Shown here in pieces: positions 18,674 to 28,992 of a stretch of 64,000 nucleotides of DNA. The notes beneath the pieces were generated by a model. It saw only the letters and a program-made list of their open reading frames with translations, was not told where the DNA came from and did not search any database. Made by a program: the position numbers and the translations under genes. This DNA comes from an uncultured Polaribacter sp. GTDB lineage: Bacteria > Bacteroidota > Bacteroidia > Flavobacteriales > Flavobacteriaceae. The number at the start of each line of letters is the position of its first letter. Within the stretch, counting starts at the first letter, position 1. The stretch covers positions 162,748 through 226,747 of the forward strand of contig NZ_CANMFI010000002.1 of the NCBI RefSeq assembly GCF_947497125.1, written 5' to 3'.

Positions 18674-20050
18674 TTAATAGGCTTTTTCATCTCCTTTAAA
18701 CACATCTAGTATGGTTTGAATAATAATTTTTACATCTAAAAAAAATGACCAATTTTCTATGTAAAAAATATCTAAACGCACTCTATTTTTAATATCAGAT
18801 TTCTTTTTTATTTCTCCTCTGTAACCAGATATTTGTGCTAGGCCTGTAATGCCAGGTTTAACAACATGTCTTTTTAAATAATCATCTACATCTTTCTGAT
18901 ATTCTAAAGATAGACTTTCTAAATGTGGTCTTGGTCCAACGACACTCATATCTCCTAATAATACATTTATAAACTGAGGCAGTTCATCTATACTTGATTT
19001 TCTAAGAAAGGCTCCTATTCTAGTGACTCTTTTATCATTTCTTGTAGCGTGAACATAATTTGATTGAGTATTTAATCTCATTGATCTAAATTTATAACAA
19101 AGAAATTCTTCACCGTTAACACCTTCTCTAAACTGTTTAAAAATTAATGGTCCTTTTGATTCAATTTTCACTAAAACCCATAAAATTGGTACAATCCAAG
19201 AAAGTATAAAGACACAAACAAATAGCGCAAAAAGAATGTCAAACACTCTTTTAATAAGTAAATTTTCTTTAAACTCAAAAGGTAACTTTTTTACGTTTAA
19301 CACCAATAAACTATCATTGTAAAACTCTACACTTTGATTTTTAGAGTACAATTCTGTAGCATCGGGAATTAACTTTAAAGAGATGTTTTTGTCGGCTGTA
19401 AATTTCTTTAAATCTTTTATATTTTTATCTGATAAAGTAGATAAAGAACAATAAATTTCATCTACTATATTTTGTCCTGCAAAGCTATATATCTGAGAGA
19501 GATCTCCTAAATAATCTGAAGATTTGTATTTTTTGTCAGAAAAAAAACCTAAATATTTATAGCCTAAATTAGTTTTACTTTTAAAAAGCTTAATCATATT
19601 CTTAGAAGATTGATCTAAACCTGCTACAACTGTTGTTCTAAAATTATTACCAAACGAACGGTATTTTTTCAATAAATAAAATGAAATAAATTTTACAATA
19701 CCAATAATTAATAAAATAGAGCTTAGTATTACAAATTGATTATTTACAACATACCCTTCTCTAAAAATTGTGAAGTAAGCAAAGTAGCCCAATGAAAACA
19801 TAAAATATTGTTTTGCTGTAAGCGTTACTATTTTTAAAGCATGGTAATGTCTGTGTACTTTATAAAAACCAACGTAATAGCTAGTAATTAACCAAAAGAA
19901 CAATACGAAAAATAAAAAGAAAGCATTTAAATATTCTTTATCTCGTATCGCAAAAATAACACTAGAAATAATAAAAATATCTAATAGTATCTGAATAGGC
20001 TTTAGTAAGTATGAATATCTTTTTTTCAATTGGATTCTATTAGAATTCAA
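18674..20050 (-). CDS. polyprenyl-phosphate hexose-1-phosphate transferase (WcaJ/WbaP-like initiating enzyme)
   Basis: 458 aa with N-terminal TM helices and a C-terminal bacterial sugar-transferase domain (KRVFDILFA..., RIGAFLRKSSIDELPQFINVLLGDMSVVGPRP). Confidence 0.85.
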   Translation of the reverse strand: MNSNRIQLKKRYSYLLKPIQILLDIFIISSVIFAIRDKEYLNAFFLFFVLFFWLITSYYVGFYKVHRHYHALKIVTLTAKQYFMFSLGYFAYFTIFREGYVVNNQFVILSSILLIIGIVKFISFYLLKKYRSFGNNFRTTVVAGLDQSSKNMIKLFKSKTNLGYKYLGFFSDKKYKSSDYLGDLSQIYSFAGQNIVDEIYCSLSTLSDKNIKDLKKFTADKNISLKLIPDATELYSKNQSVEFYNDSLLVLNVKKLPFEFKENLLIKRVFDILFALFVCVFILSWIVPILWVLVKIESKGPLIFKQFREGVNGEEFLCYKFRSMRLNTQSNYVHATRNDKRVTRIGAFLRKSSIDELPQFINVLLGDMSVVGPRPHLESLSLEYQKDVDDYLKRHVVKPGITGLAQISGYRGEIKKKSDIKNRVRLDIFYIENWSFFLDVKIIIQTILDVFKGDEKAY

Positions 20051-20060
20051 ATATATTAAT

Positions 20061-21227
20061 TTAAGATAACACTTTGCCTATCATATCTTCTATTGTGAAT
20101 AGTTTTTTTGCAACTTTTTGCTGATGTGTAGTGTTGTTATTCGATGCTATTAATATTTTTAAGGAATTTAAAAGTTTGTCTTCAGACCAACTTGTAACAA
20201 CTAAATTAAGATTGTTTTCTTTAAATAAATGCTCTAGTTCACTATTTTTATCTGTAATTACAAGAACCTTACATCCAGAAATTAACAAATTAGGTAATTT
20301 AGAAGGTAATGAACCTTTGGATGTATTTTGTGCTTGTGGAATTAATTGGATATCGCTTCTCTGATATAATTCTTCTATTTGATCTTTTTCTACTAAATTG
20401 TAAAACTTTATAAGCTTATTAGCGTTATTTCTCTTTAGTTCTTCGTAGAAAACTCCCTGAGAGAAAAAGTAAAATTGAACATTCTCAATCTTTGTTGCTG
20501 CATAGTTAAAAAAACGATACAACTCTATTGGATTTTGCTTTTCTCCTAAAGCACCGGAATAGACAATATTTATTTTTTCTTCATCGAAAACATGCCCTAA
20601 TGTATTAGATACTTTATCAGTAAGATTTATAAACGGATACTGTACTTTCAATTTTTCTTCTTGTAGGTCATAAAGTCTTTTAGCTTCATCTTTCATTTCA
20701 TTAGAGAGAAAAATTAATGTATCACATTTATGGTAACATTTTTTTTCTATTTTATGTATAAGAAAACGAATCAACTTATTAAAAATGCCTTTTTTATTAA
20801 CAGAATAAATTTCTTGAAGATCATGAACCATTCCTACCTTTTTTATTTTTTTATTTAAAAAAAATAAAATTGCATAAAATGCAAAACTTGGCGGAAAAAC
20901 AGGCAAAACAATATCTTTGCCTTTTTGATGTTTTTTAATTTTCCTAAGAATAAAGAAAGCGAAACTTACTTCTAAAATAATTCTTCTTAAAAATTGTTTT
21001 TTAGTATATTTTATATGGTTACCTCCTCTAATTATTGAAACATTCTTTAAAAAAGCATTACTTTTTTCTGTTTTCCAATCTGGGTAAAAAGGATGAAAAC
21101 ATAAAACGGTAACCTTGTGTCCTAATTCTGCTAAAGCAATCACTAATTCAGTATTAAACTTTCCTGTAGAAATAGGTTCTGGATAGAAAAATGGGGAAAT
21201 TAAAAGTATATTTTTTTTACGAAACAT
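20061..21227 (-). CDS. glycosyltransferase family 4 (WcaI/WbuB-like)
   Basis: 388 aa GT-B protein: LLISPFFYPEPISTGKF at the N terminus and a C-terminal GSLPSKLPN... region. Confidence 0.75.
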   Translation of the reverse strand: MFRKKNILLISPFFYPEPISTGKFNTELVIALAELGHKVTVLCFHPFYPDWKTEKSNAFLKNVSIIRGGNHIKYTKKQFLRRIILEVSFAFFILRKIKKHQKGKDIVLPVFPPSFAFYAILFFLNKKIKKVGMVHDLQEIYSVNKKGIFNKLIRFLIHKIEKKCYHKCDTLIFLSNEMKDEAKRLYDLQEEKLKVQYPFINLTDKVSNTLGHVFDEEKINIVYSGALGEKQNPIELYRFFNYAATKIENVQFYFFSQGVFYEELKRNNANKLIKFYNLVEKDQIEELYQRSDIQLIPQAQNTSKGSLPSKLPNLLISGCKVLVITDKNSELEHLFKENNLNLVVTSWSEDKLLNSLKILIASNNNTTHQQKVAKKLFTIEDMIGKVLS

Positions 21228-22446
21228 TATTAATTTTTTCTTCTCTTATAAAAATAAACATTGAAATTAAATAGGTAAATAAAACAATACCGTAGTGCCT
21301 AGAAAAATAATTTTCTGTAAGATTGATTATTAAAAATTGAAAAAATATAAAAATTGCAATTTTTGAGTGTTTTATTTTTTTTACTATGTAAAATAAATAC
21401 AATAGAAAACAAATTAAGAACAACCACCCACCGTAAAGTAATAAATTTAAATAATAATTATGGGTATTGAATATATGTTTTTTATAAAAATCACTATCGT
21501 TAGTTATACTGTAACAATCATTTAATTTATCTTGTAAAACACCTCCATAACCTAAAAAAGGCATTTCTTTTTGTAATATCATAGCGCATTTTAATATTGC
21601 AACTCTTGTATTAATAGAATTATAATAATCTCCTACAATAGGTTTATTATATTCTGTCTTTATTTCACTTAAACGTTTTCCTACAACATTTTTAAAAGGG
21701 CTTATTAACAACGAAAATAATATTAAAAACCCAAGAAAACTGTATTTTGCAAACTTAATTCCTTTATTTTTTATTGAAATTAATAGAAATAAAATAATGG
21801 TAAGTATAACTATTAACATAATAATTTTTGATGAAAATAAAAAAATAAAAAAAATTGTAAATAATATATTTAATGTATTTAATACTTTAAATGCATTCTT
21901 GTTCTTAATTAAATTAAAAAGCGATATCGTTAAACTTATAAGTAAAAAAGAACTAAAATACGTAGGGTGAATCTCAAAAAAATAATTTTCAGAGACAAAC
22001 TCTCTAAAAAATGGAATGTTATTTCTTACTTTAAAAATATTTCTAAAAGAATTAAAATAGAGAAAATAGGTAATGTAAAATAAAGACTGCAAAAAAACAC
22101 TTCCCTGAAATACATTTATTGATTTGTCTCTTATACCTTTATCAATAAAAGGAGGTTTATAGAGAAACAAAATAGGAAAAACTAAAAAAGGAAGTTGTTT
22201 TAAAAGGAAATTTAAGTTAACGTTTAATGTTGCAACTTCATAAAATAAATACATCCAAAAAGGCAAGCTTAAAATTAAAGTTTGTTTCGTGAAATTTATT
22301 TTTTGAGGTTTTTTAATTTGATAAATTATAATTAAAACACTACAAAGTATAATTAAAATGGAATTTATATTTTCTTTTAAAAGTGGTAATATTGCTAATG
22401 AGAGAAAAGATAACTTTATTAATTTATTTAAAATATTATTTCTCAT
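21217..22446 (-). CDS. O-antigen polymerase/ligase family membrane protein (Wzy_C-like) 1
   Basis: 409 aa with more than 10 TM helices. It has a periplasmic loop with the THNYYLNLLLYGGW motif typical of Wzy_C/O-antigen ligase domains. Confidence 0.7.
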   Translation of the reverse strand: MRNNILNKLIKLSFLSLAILPLLKENINSILIILCSVLIIIYQIKKPQKINFTKQTLILSLPFWMYLFYEVATLNVNLNFLLKQLPFLVFPILFLYKPPFIDKGIRDKSINVFQGSVFLQSLFYITYFLYFNSFRNIFKVRNNIPFFREFVSENYFFEIHPTYFSSFLLISLTISLFNLIKNKNAFKVLNTLNILFTIFFIFLFSSKIIMLIVILTIILFLLISIKNKGIKFAKYSFLGFLILFSLLISPFKNVVGKRLSEIKTEYNKPIVGDYYNSINTRVAILKCAMILQKEMPFLGYGGVLQDKLNDCYSITNDSDFYKKHIFNTHNYYLNLLLYGGWLFLICFLLYLFYIVKKIKHSKIAIFIFFQFLIINLTENYFSRHYGIVLFTYLISMFIFIREEKINNVS

Positions 22447-23518
22447 TATTTAAATTTTTATAAAGCAATTCCCAGTCTCTTATTCGTGATTCCCAGGTGT
22501 AATTATTTTTCACAAAGTCAAACAACTGTTCTCCATTTTTATTTCTCTCTTCTAATGACCAATTTAACACTTCTTTTAAAGCTATTGTAAGCTCATCTAT
22601 ATTAGGATTTATTAGTTTACCTCCATTGCTATCCCAATCTTTTTTTAATCCAGTATTGTGGGTTGTTATCATTGGTGTCTTTAGAGATGCAGCTTCTAAA
22701 TTAACCATGCCAATTACATCTGAAAATGAAGGACTAACCATTACCCATGCATTCTTAATTAAATTAACTTTTAAATCTCCTTTTACTTGTCCTAAAAATT
22801 CAACTTTATTTTTTAATCCTAAAGAATATACTATTTGCTGCAATTCTTCTTTATAATCATTAAAATTTCCAGCAATTTTTAAAATAAAATTATCATTTTC
22901 TATTTGAGAAAAAGATTTAATCAATAAATCTATCCCTTTTGTTTTATTTAATCTACCTAGATATAAAAAATACTTTTCATTAATTGGAGAAAATGAAACG
23001 TTTGTTTTTAAAGATATTAAATTAGGAATTTCTTTAATGTAGTTACTTTTAAAAAAGTATTTTAAATTTTTTGTTTCATCTGGTGTAATCGAATGAATTA
23101 CGCGTGCTTTTGAAAACCACTTTTTAACTAAGAAGTAAAAATATATTTTCTTTTTCAAAGTTCCTTTTCTCCACAACCAAGGCTGATACATACCATGAGG
23201 ACTTAGTACCACTGGTATTTTGTTTTCAATTCCGTATTTTGCTCCAATATACTGAGGGTATAACCATACTCCATGAATATGAATAATAGTTATTTTATGG
23301 CGCTCAACGATATCTTTAATTTTATGAATCCATTTTTTAGAATAAAGCCATTTCCCTTTTGCTTTTATTAAATAAATATCATCACCTTCTTCTTTCTCTG
23401 AAGATAGAATATAAGATTTGTGTCCTTTATTAATAATTTGATGATTCAAATTATTAATAACAGTTCGTAAACCACCACTTTTTAGAGAAAAATCCTCAAC
23501 TATGTGTAATATGTTCAT
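22436..23518 (-). CDS. glycosyltransferase family 1/4
   Basis: 360 aa GT-B protein: ILHIVEDFSLKSGGLRTV and a C-terminal SFSDVIGMVNLEAASLKTPMI (EX7E-like region). Confidence 0.8.
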   Translation of the reverse strand: MNILHIVEDFSLKSGGLRTVINNLNHQIINKGHKSYILSSEKEEGDDIYLIKAKGKWLYSKKWIHKIKDIVERHKITIIHIHGVWLYPQYIGAKYGIENKIPVVLSPHGMYQPWLWRKGTLKKKIYFYFLVKKWFSKARVIHSITPDETKNLKYFFKSNYIKEIPNLISLKTNVSFSPINEKYFLYLGRLNKTKGIDLLIKSFSQIENDNFILKIAGNFNDYKEELQQIVYSLGLKNKVEFLGQVKGDLKVNLIKNAWVMVSPSFSDVIGMVNLEAASLKTPMITTHNTGLKKDWDSNGGKLINPNIDELTIALKEVLNWSLEERNKNGEQLFDFVKNNYTWESRIRDWELLYKNLNNEK

Positions 23519-24683
23519 CTTCTTGATTTAAAAAAATTATTAAAAAAAAATAAAATTCTGGTGGAAAATAATGCCCTTCTCTAATTAGTTTTAAGATCAA
23601 ATAAAAAAAAGTGCTCTGTTGATATGTTTTATTATCTTTCTTAAATAATTTTATACTTCTATAACTAAAGTAAATTAAAAAAAAGAAAGCAAAAATACCT
23701 AACTCCGTCACCATCCTAAGAAATAAGGAATTAGCATCTGTCCTATTAATTTTAGCTAATTTTAATTGTTTTAAATATGCTGGTGGATTTAATAAGGGAT
23801 AATACATGTCGTACATATATTGGTATCCTCCTAATCCAGCACCTAAAGGATAATTTAAAAAAGATTTTTGTGTAATAAAACCATTGCTTAAAAAAGCATA
23901 TGAACTTAAGTTAGTGTATTTTTCAAAACCACCAGTATGTATTGCGTTTAAAGACTTACCGGTCTCTTTTAACCTTCTAACCAATTGATTCCCTTTATTC
24001 TCATCAATTTTAGAATTCCATTCTTTAGTTATAAAAAAAATGATTCCTAAAAGTGTAACTATAACTATCCAAGAATACTTAATAAAATACTTTTCTTTTA
24101 GTAAAGGGATAATTAATATTAAAACCAAACCAACATAACCAATAGAAGATTTGCTAAGGACAATTGTAAATAACACTATAAACAACTTTAAATACATTCT
24201 TTTCTTAAAAAAATAATAAACAGCAGGTAGCATTATTACAGCATAATGTGCCGGTTCTGATAAAATTCCATTAAGTCTATAATCTGAAAAATTATTAATT
24301 TTTAAAAAAAACATTGGAATTGCAATTACAGCTATAAAAAAAGAAAAACTTAAATAGGTATTAAAAAGTATTTTAACTTTATAATGTTTAACTAGATTAT
24401 AATAAAAAACACTACTGATAGAAATCCCAACAAGTTGTGCTACAAGAAATTTTATGGGATTAAACAAAAAAAAGTAATTTACAACTCCATGAAGAAGAAA
24501 AAAACCTAAAATAAAAAGTAAATTTTTATGGATTGTTATTTTTCTGTAATAAGATAAAATGAAAAAATTTGATATAAGAATTGCGTAATAGAGTTTAATA
24601 TCTATTATAAAATGAAAAAAAAATGCTTCGGTAAATAAAGCAAAAATACTACTGTAAATTACATACTTATCTAGTAAACGCAT
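23496..24683 (-). CDS. O-antigen polymerase/ligase-like membrane protein 2
   Basis: 395 aa polytopic protein with a large loop and DANSLFLRMVTELGIFAFFF, similar to Wzy/EpsG-type polymerases. Confidence 0.6.
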   Translation of the reverse strand: MRLLDKYVIYSSIFALFTEAFFFHFIIDIKLYYAILISNFFILSYYRKITIHKNLLFILGFFLLHGVVNYFFLFNPIKFLVAQLVGISISSVFYYNLVKHYKVKILFNTYLSFSFFIAVIAIPMFFLKINNFSDYRLNGILSEPAHYAVIMLPAVYYFFKKRMYLKLFIVLFTIVLSKSSIGYVGLVLILIIPLLKEKYFIKYSWIVIVTLLGIIFFITKEWNSKIDENKGNQLVRRLKETGKSLNAIHTGGFEKYTNLSSYAFLSNGFITQKSFLNYPLGAGLGGYQYMYDMYYPLLNPPAYLKQLKLAKINRTDANSLFLRMVTELGIFAFFFLIYFSYRSIKLFKKDNKTYQQSTFFYLILKLIREGHYFPPEFYFFLIIFLNQEDEHITHS

Positions 24684-25434
24684 TTAGAGTTATTTTAATA
24701 TAATATTTAAACATCCATTTTATATAATCAAAATTATACAGAAAAAAATTTACTTGACCAGTTTGTTTTTTTGCTCTAGTAGTCTCTGCATACACTTTTT
24801 TAATTTGATTATTACTTATACCTCCAGCAGACATTAACACTGTTTTTTTATTTATCCAATGGGTTTTTAAGTTCTCTTTTGCTCTCAATAATAACTCATA
24901 ATCTCCCGCTATTTTATAGGAAGTATCAAAATCCGAATATTTTTTAAAATAATTTAAATTATGAAATGAGCCTACATGAGCAATACTCATATTTCTTTTA
25001 AATGTTTTCCAAAGCCATTTCCCTTGTATAGTTCGAACTCCCTCAACTTCTACATTAGAATGAATAAAGTCTACCTTTTTTGCTAATTTATTAATTTCTT
25101 CAGAGTATATTTCAATAGCATTCTCTAGGTACAGATCATCTGAACCCAAAAAGGAAATCCAATTTGAATTTGCTAATTTTATACCTTTATTAAATGCATC
25201 GTAAATTCCTGAATCTTTTTCGGATATCCATTTAAATCTAATATTTTTTTCTTTAAACTTTTTCTCAAAAGACTTAATTATAGTCACTGTTTTATCCGTT
25301 GAATCACCATCAATTAATATATATTCAAAATCTATATGAGTTTGATTTAAAACAGATTCTATTGTCTCTCTAATAGTTTTCTCACTGTTATAACAAACCG
25401 TAATAATTGTTACATTCTTTATTTCTTTTGTCAT
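24667..25434 (-). CDS. glycosyltransferase family 2
   Basis: 255 aa: VTIITVCYNSEKTIRETIESVLNQT...ILIDGDSTD and GSDD. Confidence 0.85.
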   Translation of the reverse strand: MTKEIKNVTIITVCYNSEKTIRETIESVLNQTHIDFEYILIDGDSTDKTVTIIKSFEKKFKEKNIRFKWISEKDSGIYDAFNKGIKLANSNWISFLGSDDLYLENAIEIYSEEINKLAKKVDFIHSNVEVEGVRTIQGKWLWKTFKRNMSIAHVGSFHNLNYFKKYSDFDTSYKIAGDYELLLRAKENLKTHWINKKTVLMSAGGISNNQIKKVYAETTRAKKQTGQVNFFLYNFDYIKWMFKYYIKITLNAFTR

Positions 25435-25494
25435 AAAATCAAAAAACTATAATTTGATATTTAATAATTTTGCTAATCATTTTTCAGAATCGGT

Positions 25495-26220
25495 TTACAA
25501 GTTTGATTTAAAAAAGTGTATTTTAAATTTATGTAAAATTTGTTTTCCAAATATTCTAAATAGAGTATTCTTATACTTAACATTATCCGTTCCATAAACT
25601 CCTTCATAAATCGTTTTTTGGTTCAATAAACTCCAATGATTTAAATCTGCTATATATTTTAAAACAGATGACAGTAAAACATGCTCCATAAAAATATTAT
25701 TTTTTTCATCTATTTTACTAAAGTTTACTAAAAGATAATTTGAATAAAAAAAATTGTGTAAAATAAAAAACCTTGAGTCTGAATATGTCAAATTTCGTGT
25801 AACATTTGCATATACCGTATCTTTTTTTAGGTTTTTAATTTGATTTAAAAAATTTTTAACTTGATATCTACCTGTTATTTTTATAGTGTGGCTACTTTCT
25901 TTTATAATTTTAGAATTTAAAAAAGCAAATGATAGTATTTCTGCTTCTCCTTTTCCTTTTCCTTCAATACTTTTTTCACTTTTAAAAGTAAAATATTCAA
26001 ATTTAACTCCTGAATTCTGTAATAATTCTAAGATAACTTTAGAATTTGTATTGCTATTTTCACAAAAAATAATTGGTAATTTAAATTGTAAGTAATATTT
26101 AATAGCATCTATATAATCTTCTTCTCTTTGGTCTTTATCCATCCTTTTTAAAAACGGAACGTTTGAAGGGGCTATTGTTGCTGTTAGTAAAATACAGGTT
26201 TTTTTTTGACTCATTATCAA
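25495..26220 (-). CDS. hypothetical protein within the polysaccharide locus
   Basis: 241-aa soluble ORF (CILLTATIAPSNVPFLKRMD...IIFCENS...KITGRYQV). No family recognised. Coding is supported by length and operon context. Confidence 0.5.
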   Translation of the reverse strand: MIMSQKKTCILLTATIAPSNVPFLKRMDKDQREEDYIDAIKYYLQFKLPIIFCENSNTNSKVILELLQNSGVKFEYFTFKSEKSIEGKGKGEAEILSFAFLNSKIIKESSHTIKITGRYQVKNFLNQIKNLKKDTVYANVTRNLTYSDSRFFILHNFFYSNYLLVNFSKIDEKNNIFMEHVLLSSVLKYIADLNHWSLLNQKTIYEGVYGTDNVKYKNTLFRIFGKQILHKFKIHFFKSNL

Positions 26221-26235
26221 TACTTTAAAATATTT

Positions 26236-27567
26236 TTACTTGTTCCATATTCCAGAAATTTTGTTGGTCATTATTTTTTTATATTGAATTGGTATTGTTA
26301 CTGCTAAAATTAATAAACATAAAGAGGATGCCAAAATAACACCAGCAGGTCCAATATTAAAATTACTTGCTAAATAAATAGATACCGGAATATTTATTAA
26401 AATTATTATACCATATACTAAAAGTTGAATATATAGTTTTCCATAGGCGTTAATTACATACATATACATTGTTGTATAAGAAGATATTAAAAAATAGATT
26501 ATCATACTTATACTCATATTAAAATCTAAGTTTATATTTTGTTTACCAACCCAGAACCAAAGAAAATGTTTTTCTAAAAGGTAAATAAGAAAGTATGTTA
26601 TTGCCAATATAAAAAGTAATTTTTTAAATAGTAAAATCTTCTTTTTTATCCAAATAAAGTCTTTTTTAGCTATTGCATCTATAAAAGCGTTCCAGTGAGA
26701 TGAAATAAATAATCCATAAAATATAAACGGAAAACTATAATATTTATAGTACACGCTGTAATCTGTTACCTCGTTTGCGGAAAACAATTTTAAAATAATT
26801 ATATTATCAGATGAATATAATATTATACAACCTAACTGAATTATAAAAAAACTAAATCCAGGTTTTACAACCTCTTTTAAAGTTGTCTTACAAATATTTT
26901 TAAGTTTTGGTAATAAAAAGGAAGCTTTAAATTTAAAAAAATACAATGTTAAAAATAAATACACTATAAAGGTTGGCACCAGAGATAAAGCAGTAATCCA
27001 TACTAAGTTTAATTTTAGTGAAGTAAATGTAAAAAATAATAAACCAGTTAAAAACATTAACTGACCTAATGTTTTTACAATATTATCTACAAATGGTAAT
27101 TGAAAAGCAGCATAAATAGTTCCAATTAATTTTACTACAAAAATCAATAAAATTAAATACACTAAAAGGTTAATAGAAATATTAACTTCTTCTGAATAAA
27201 TGTGTGTATCTAGAATTGAGCCCCAGTCTAAAAAGTTATTGATTACAAGAAAAATTAGTAAAAGACAAATTGTAGATATAAATGTAAAAAAATAAGTAGA
27301 TGCTATTAATCTTTTTATTTTTTTAGTTTTCTTTAAAGAAAAAGCTTCTGTTAACTTTAATTTTAAACCTTCTCCTAAACCTAAATCAAATATATTTAGC
27401 CAACCTATAAAAGTGAAAATTGTTACCCAAACACCATATTTTTCTTTCCCTAAAATATTTAATAAAACTGGCACCAATAATAAACCTAAAGCTATGTTTA
27501 TGATTTTTAAAATTAAGTTAAATGAAACACTTAATTTTAATCTTGATGTTCTTTTATTTGAATTCAA
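26236..27567 (-). CDS. wzx: Wzx-type oligosaccharide flippase (MOP/PST family)
   Basis: 443 aa with about 12-14 TM helices, and the typical position in the locus next to the GT and Wzy genes. Confidence 0.75.
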   Translation of the reverse strand: MNSNKRTSRLKLSVSFNLILKIINIALGLLLVPVLLNILGKEKYGVWVTIFTFIGWLNIFDLGLGEGLKLKLTEAFSLKKTKKIKRLIASTYFFTFISTICLLLIFLVINNFLDWGSILDTHIYSEEVNISINLLVYLILLIFVVKLIGTIYAAFQLPFVDNIVKTLGQLMFLTGLLFFTFTSLKLNLVWITALSLVPTFIVYLFLTLYFFKFKASFLLPKLKNICKTTLKEVVKPGFSFFIIQLGCIILYSSDNIIILKLFSANEVTDYSVYYKYYSFPFIFYGLFISSHWNAFIDAIAKKDFIWIKKKILLFKKLLFILAITYFLIYLLEKHFLWFWVGKQNINLDFNMSISMIIYFLISSYTTMYMYVINAYGKLYIQLLVYGIIILINIPVSIYLASNFNIGPAGVILASSLCLLILAVTIPIQYKKIMTNKISGIWNK

Positions 27568-27584
27568 TTGAAATAGATGTGAAA

Positions 27585-28136
27585 TTAAAATAAATCATTT
27601 AGATTACTAAATAAAGGTAATTTCTCATCCTTCTCAGACAACAAAACCTCATCTTCATTCAGTTGCCAATCTACATTTAAGTCTTTATCATTGTATATAA
27701 CTCCAGATTCCGACTCTTTATTGTAGTAATTATCACATTTGTATGAAAAAATAGTAGCATCTTCAAGCGTAGCAAAACCATGTAAAAAACCTCTCGGCAC
27801 AAATAACTGTTTGTTATTTTCTCCCGATAATTCTATAGAAAAATGTTGCCCATATGTTGGTGAGTTTACTCTAACATCTACAACAACATCTAATACTTTA
27901 CCTTGAATAACTCTTACTAACTTTGCTTGTGCATATTCACCTTTTTGCAAGTGCAAGCCTCTTAAAACACCTCTTTGAGATATTGATTGATTGTCTTGAA
28001 CAAAATGAAGAGATAAACCTGTTTTAGCTTCAAATATTATTTGATTAAATACTTCAAAAAAATTACCTCTTTGATCACCAAAAATAGTTGGCTCTATAAT
28101 AAAACAACCTTTTAAATGTGTTTCTGTTACCTTCAT
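27585..28136 (-). CDS. rfbC: dTDP-4-dehydrorhamnose 3,5-epimerase
   Basis: 183 aa: FGDQRGNFFE, RGLHLQ, KLVRVIQGKVLDVVVDVR, PRGFLHGF. Confidence 0.95.
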   Translation of the reverse strand: MKVTETHLKGCFIIEPTIFGDQRGNFFEVFNQIIFEAKTGLSLHFVQDNQSISQRGVLRGLHLQKGEYAQAKLVRVIQGKVLDVVVDVRVNSPTYGQHFSIELSGENNKQLFVPRGFLHGFATLEDATIFSYKCDNYYNKESESGVIYNDKDLNVDWQLNEDEVLLSEKDEKLPLFSNLNDLF

Positions 28137-28991
28137 TTATAATTTTTGTAAATTATTGGCATACCCACTTTTTAAAAGTGATTTTGTAATTTCTAACAAT
28201 TGTTCTTTAGAAATAAAGCCTGCTCTAAAAGCTGCTTCTTCTATAGAACCTACCTTTAAGCCTTGTCTTTCTTCTATAACTTGTACAAACTGCCCAGCCT
28301 GCATTAAAGAATCAAAAGTACCCGTATCTAACCAAGCAGTTCCTCTATCTAAAATTTCTACAGACAATTTTCCTTTTTTTAGATATACATTATTAACTTC
28401 TGTAATTTCTAATTCTCCTCTGTTGCTAGGTTGTATGTTTTTTGCAATTTCTACTACTTCATTATCATAAAAATAAATCCCTGGAACCGCATAATTAGAT
28501 TTAGGCTTTTCAGGTTTTTCTTCTATTGACAATACGTTATTAGATTCGTCAAACGCTACCACACCATATCGCTCTGGATCATTAACATGGTAAGCATATA
28601 CAATACCACCATCTGGATTGTTGTTTGCTTTTAGTAAATTTGCCAAACCCGAACCATAAAAAATATTATCTCCTAAAATTAAGGCAACTTTATCTGTACC
28701 TATAAACTTTTCGCCAATAATAAATGCTTCTGCAAGACCGTTTGGATGTTCTTGAACTTCATACTTAAAATTACAACCAATCTGTTTTCCGTCTCCTAAT
28801 AATTTTTGAAATAAAGGTAAATCTTGAGGTGTAGAAATTATTAAAATATCTCTAATTCCAGCAGAAATTAACGTAGAAACCGGATAATATATCATTGGTT
28901 TATCATACACTGGCATTAACTGTTTGCTAACGGCCAATGTTAATGGGTGTAAACGTGTTCCTGAACCTCCTGCTAAAACAATTCCTTTCAT
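28137..28991 (-). CDS. rfbA: glucose-1-phosphate thymidylyltransferase
   Basis: 284 aa: [18 protein letters not shown]...[24 protein letters not shown]. Confidence 0.95.
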   Translation of the reverse strand: MKGIVLAGGSGTRLHPLTLAVSKQLMPVYDKPMIYYPVSTLISAGIRDILIISTPQDLPLFQKLLGDGKQIGCNFKYEVQEHPNGLAEAFIIGEKFIGTDKVALILGDNIFYGSGLANLLKANNNPDGGIVYAYHVNDPERYGVVAFDESNNVLSIEEKPEKPKSNYAVPGIYFYDNEVVEIAKNIQPSNRGELEITEVNNVYLKKGKLSVEILDRGTAWLDTGTFDSLMQAGQFVQVIEERQGLKVGSIEEAAFRAGFISKEQLLEITKSLLKSGYANNLQKL

Positions 28992-28992
28992 A

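Noticed and set aside
1727-26207. Homopolymeric A/T tracts of 8-9 nt at the 5' ends of several genes (near 1727..1735, 21216..21223 and 26199..26207) as a general phase-variation system.
   Set aside because: Runs of this length are frequent throughout this AT-rich window, including within essential genes and spacers. Without population data they are not evidence of phase variation. Only the tract in the unknown polysaccharide gene is mentioned, as a low-priority check.
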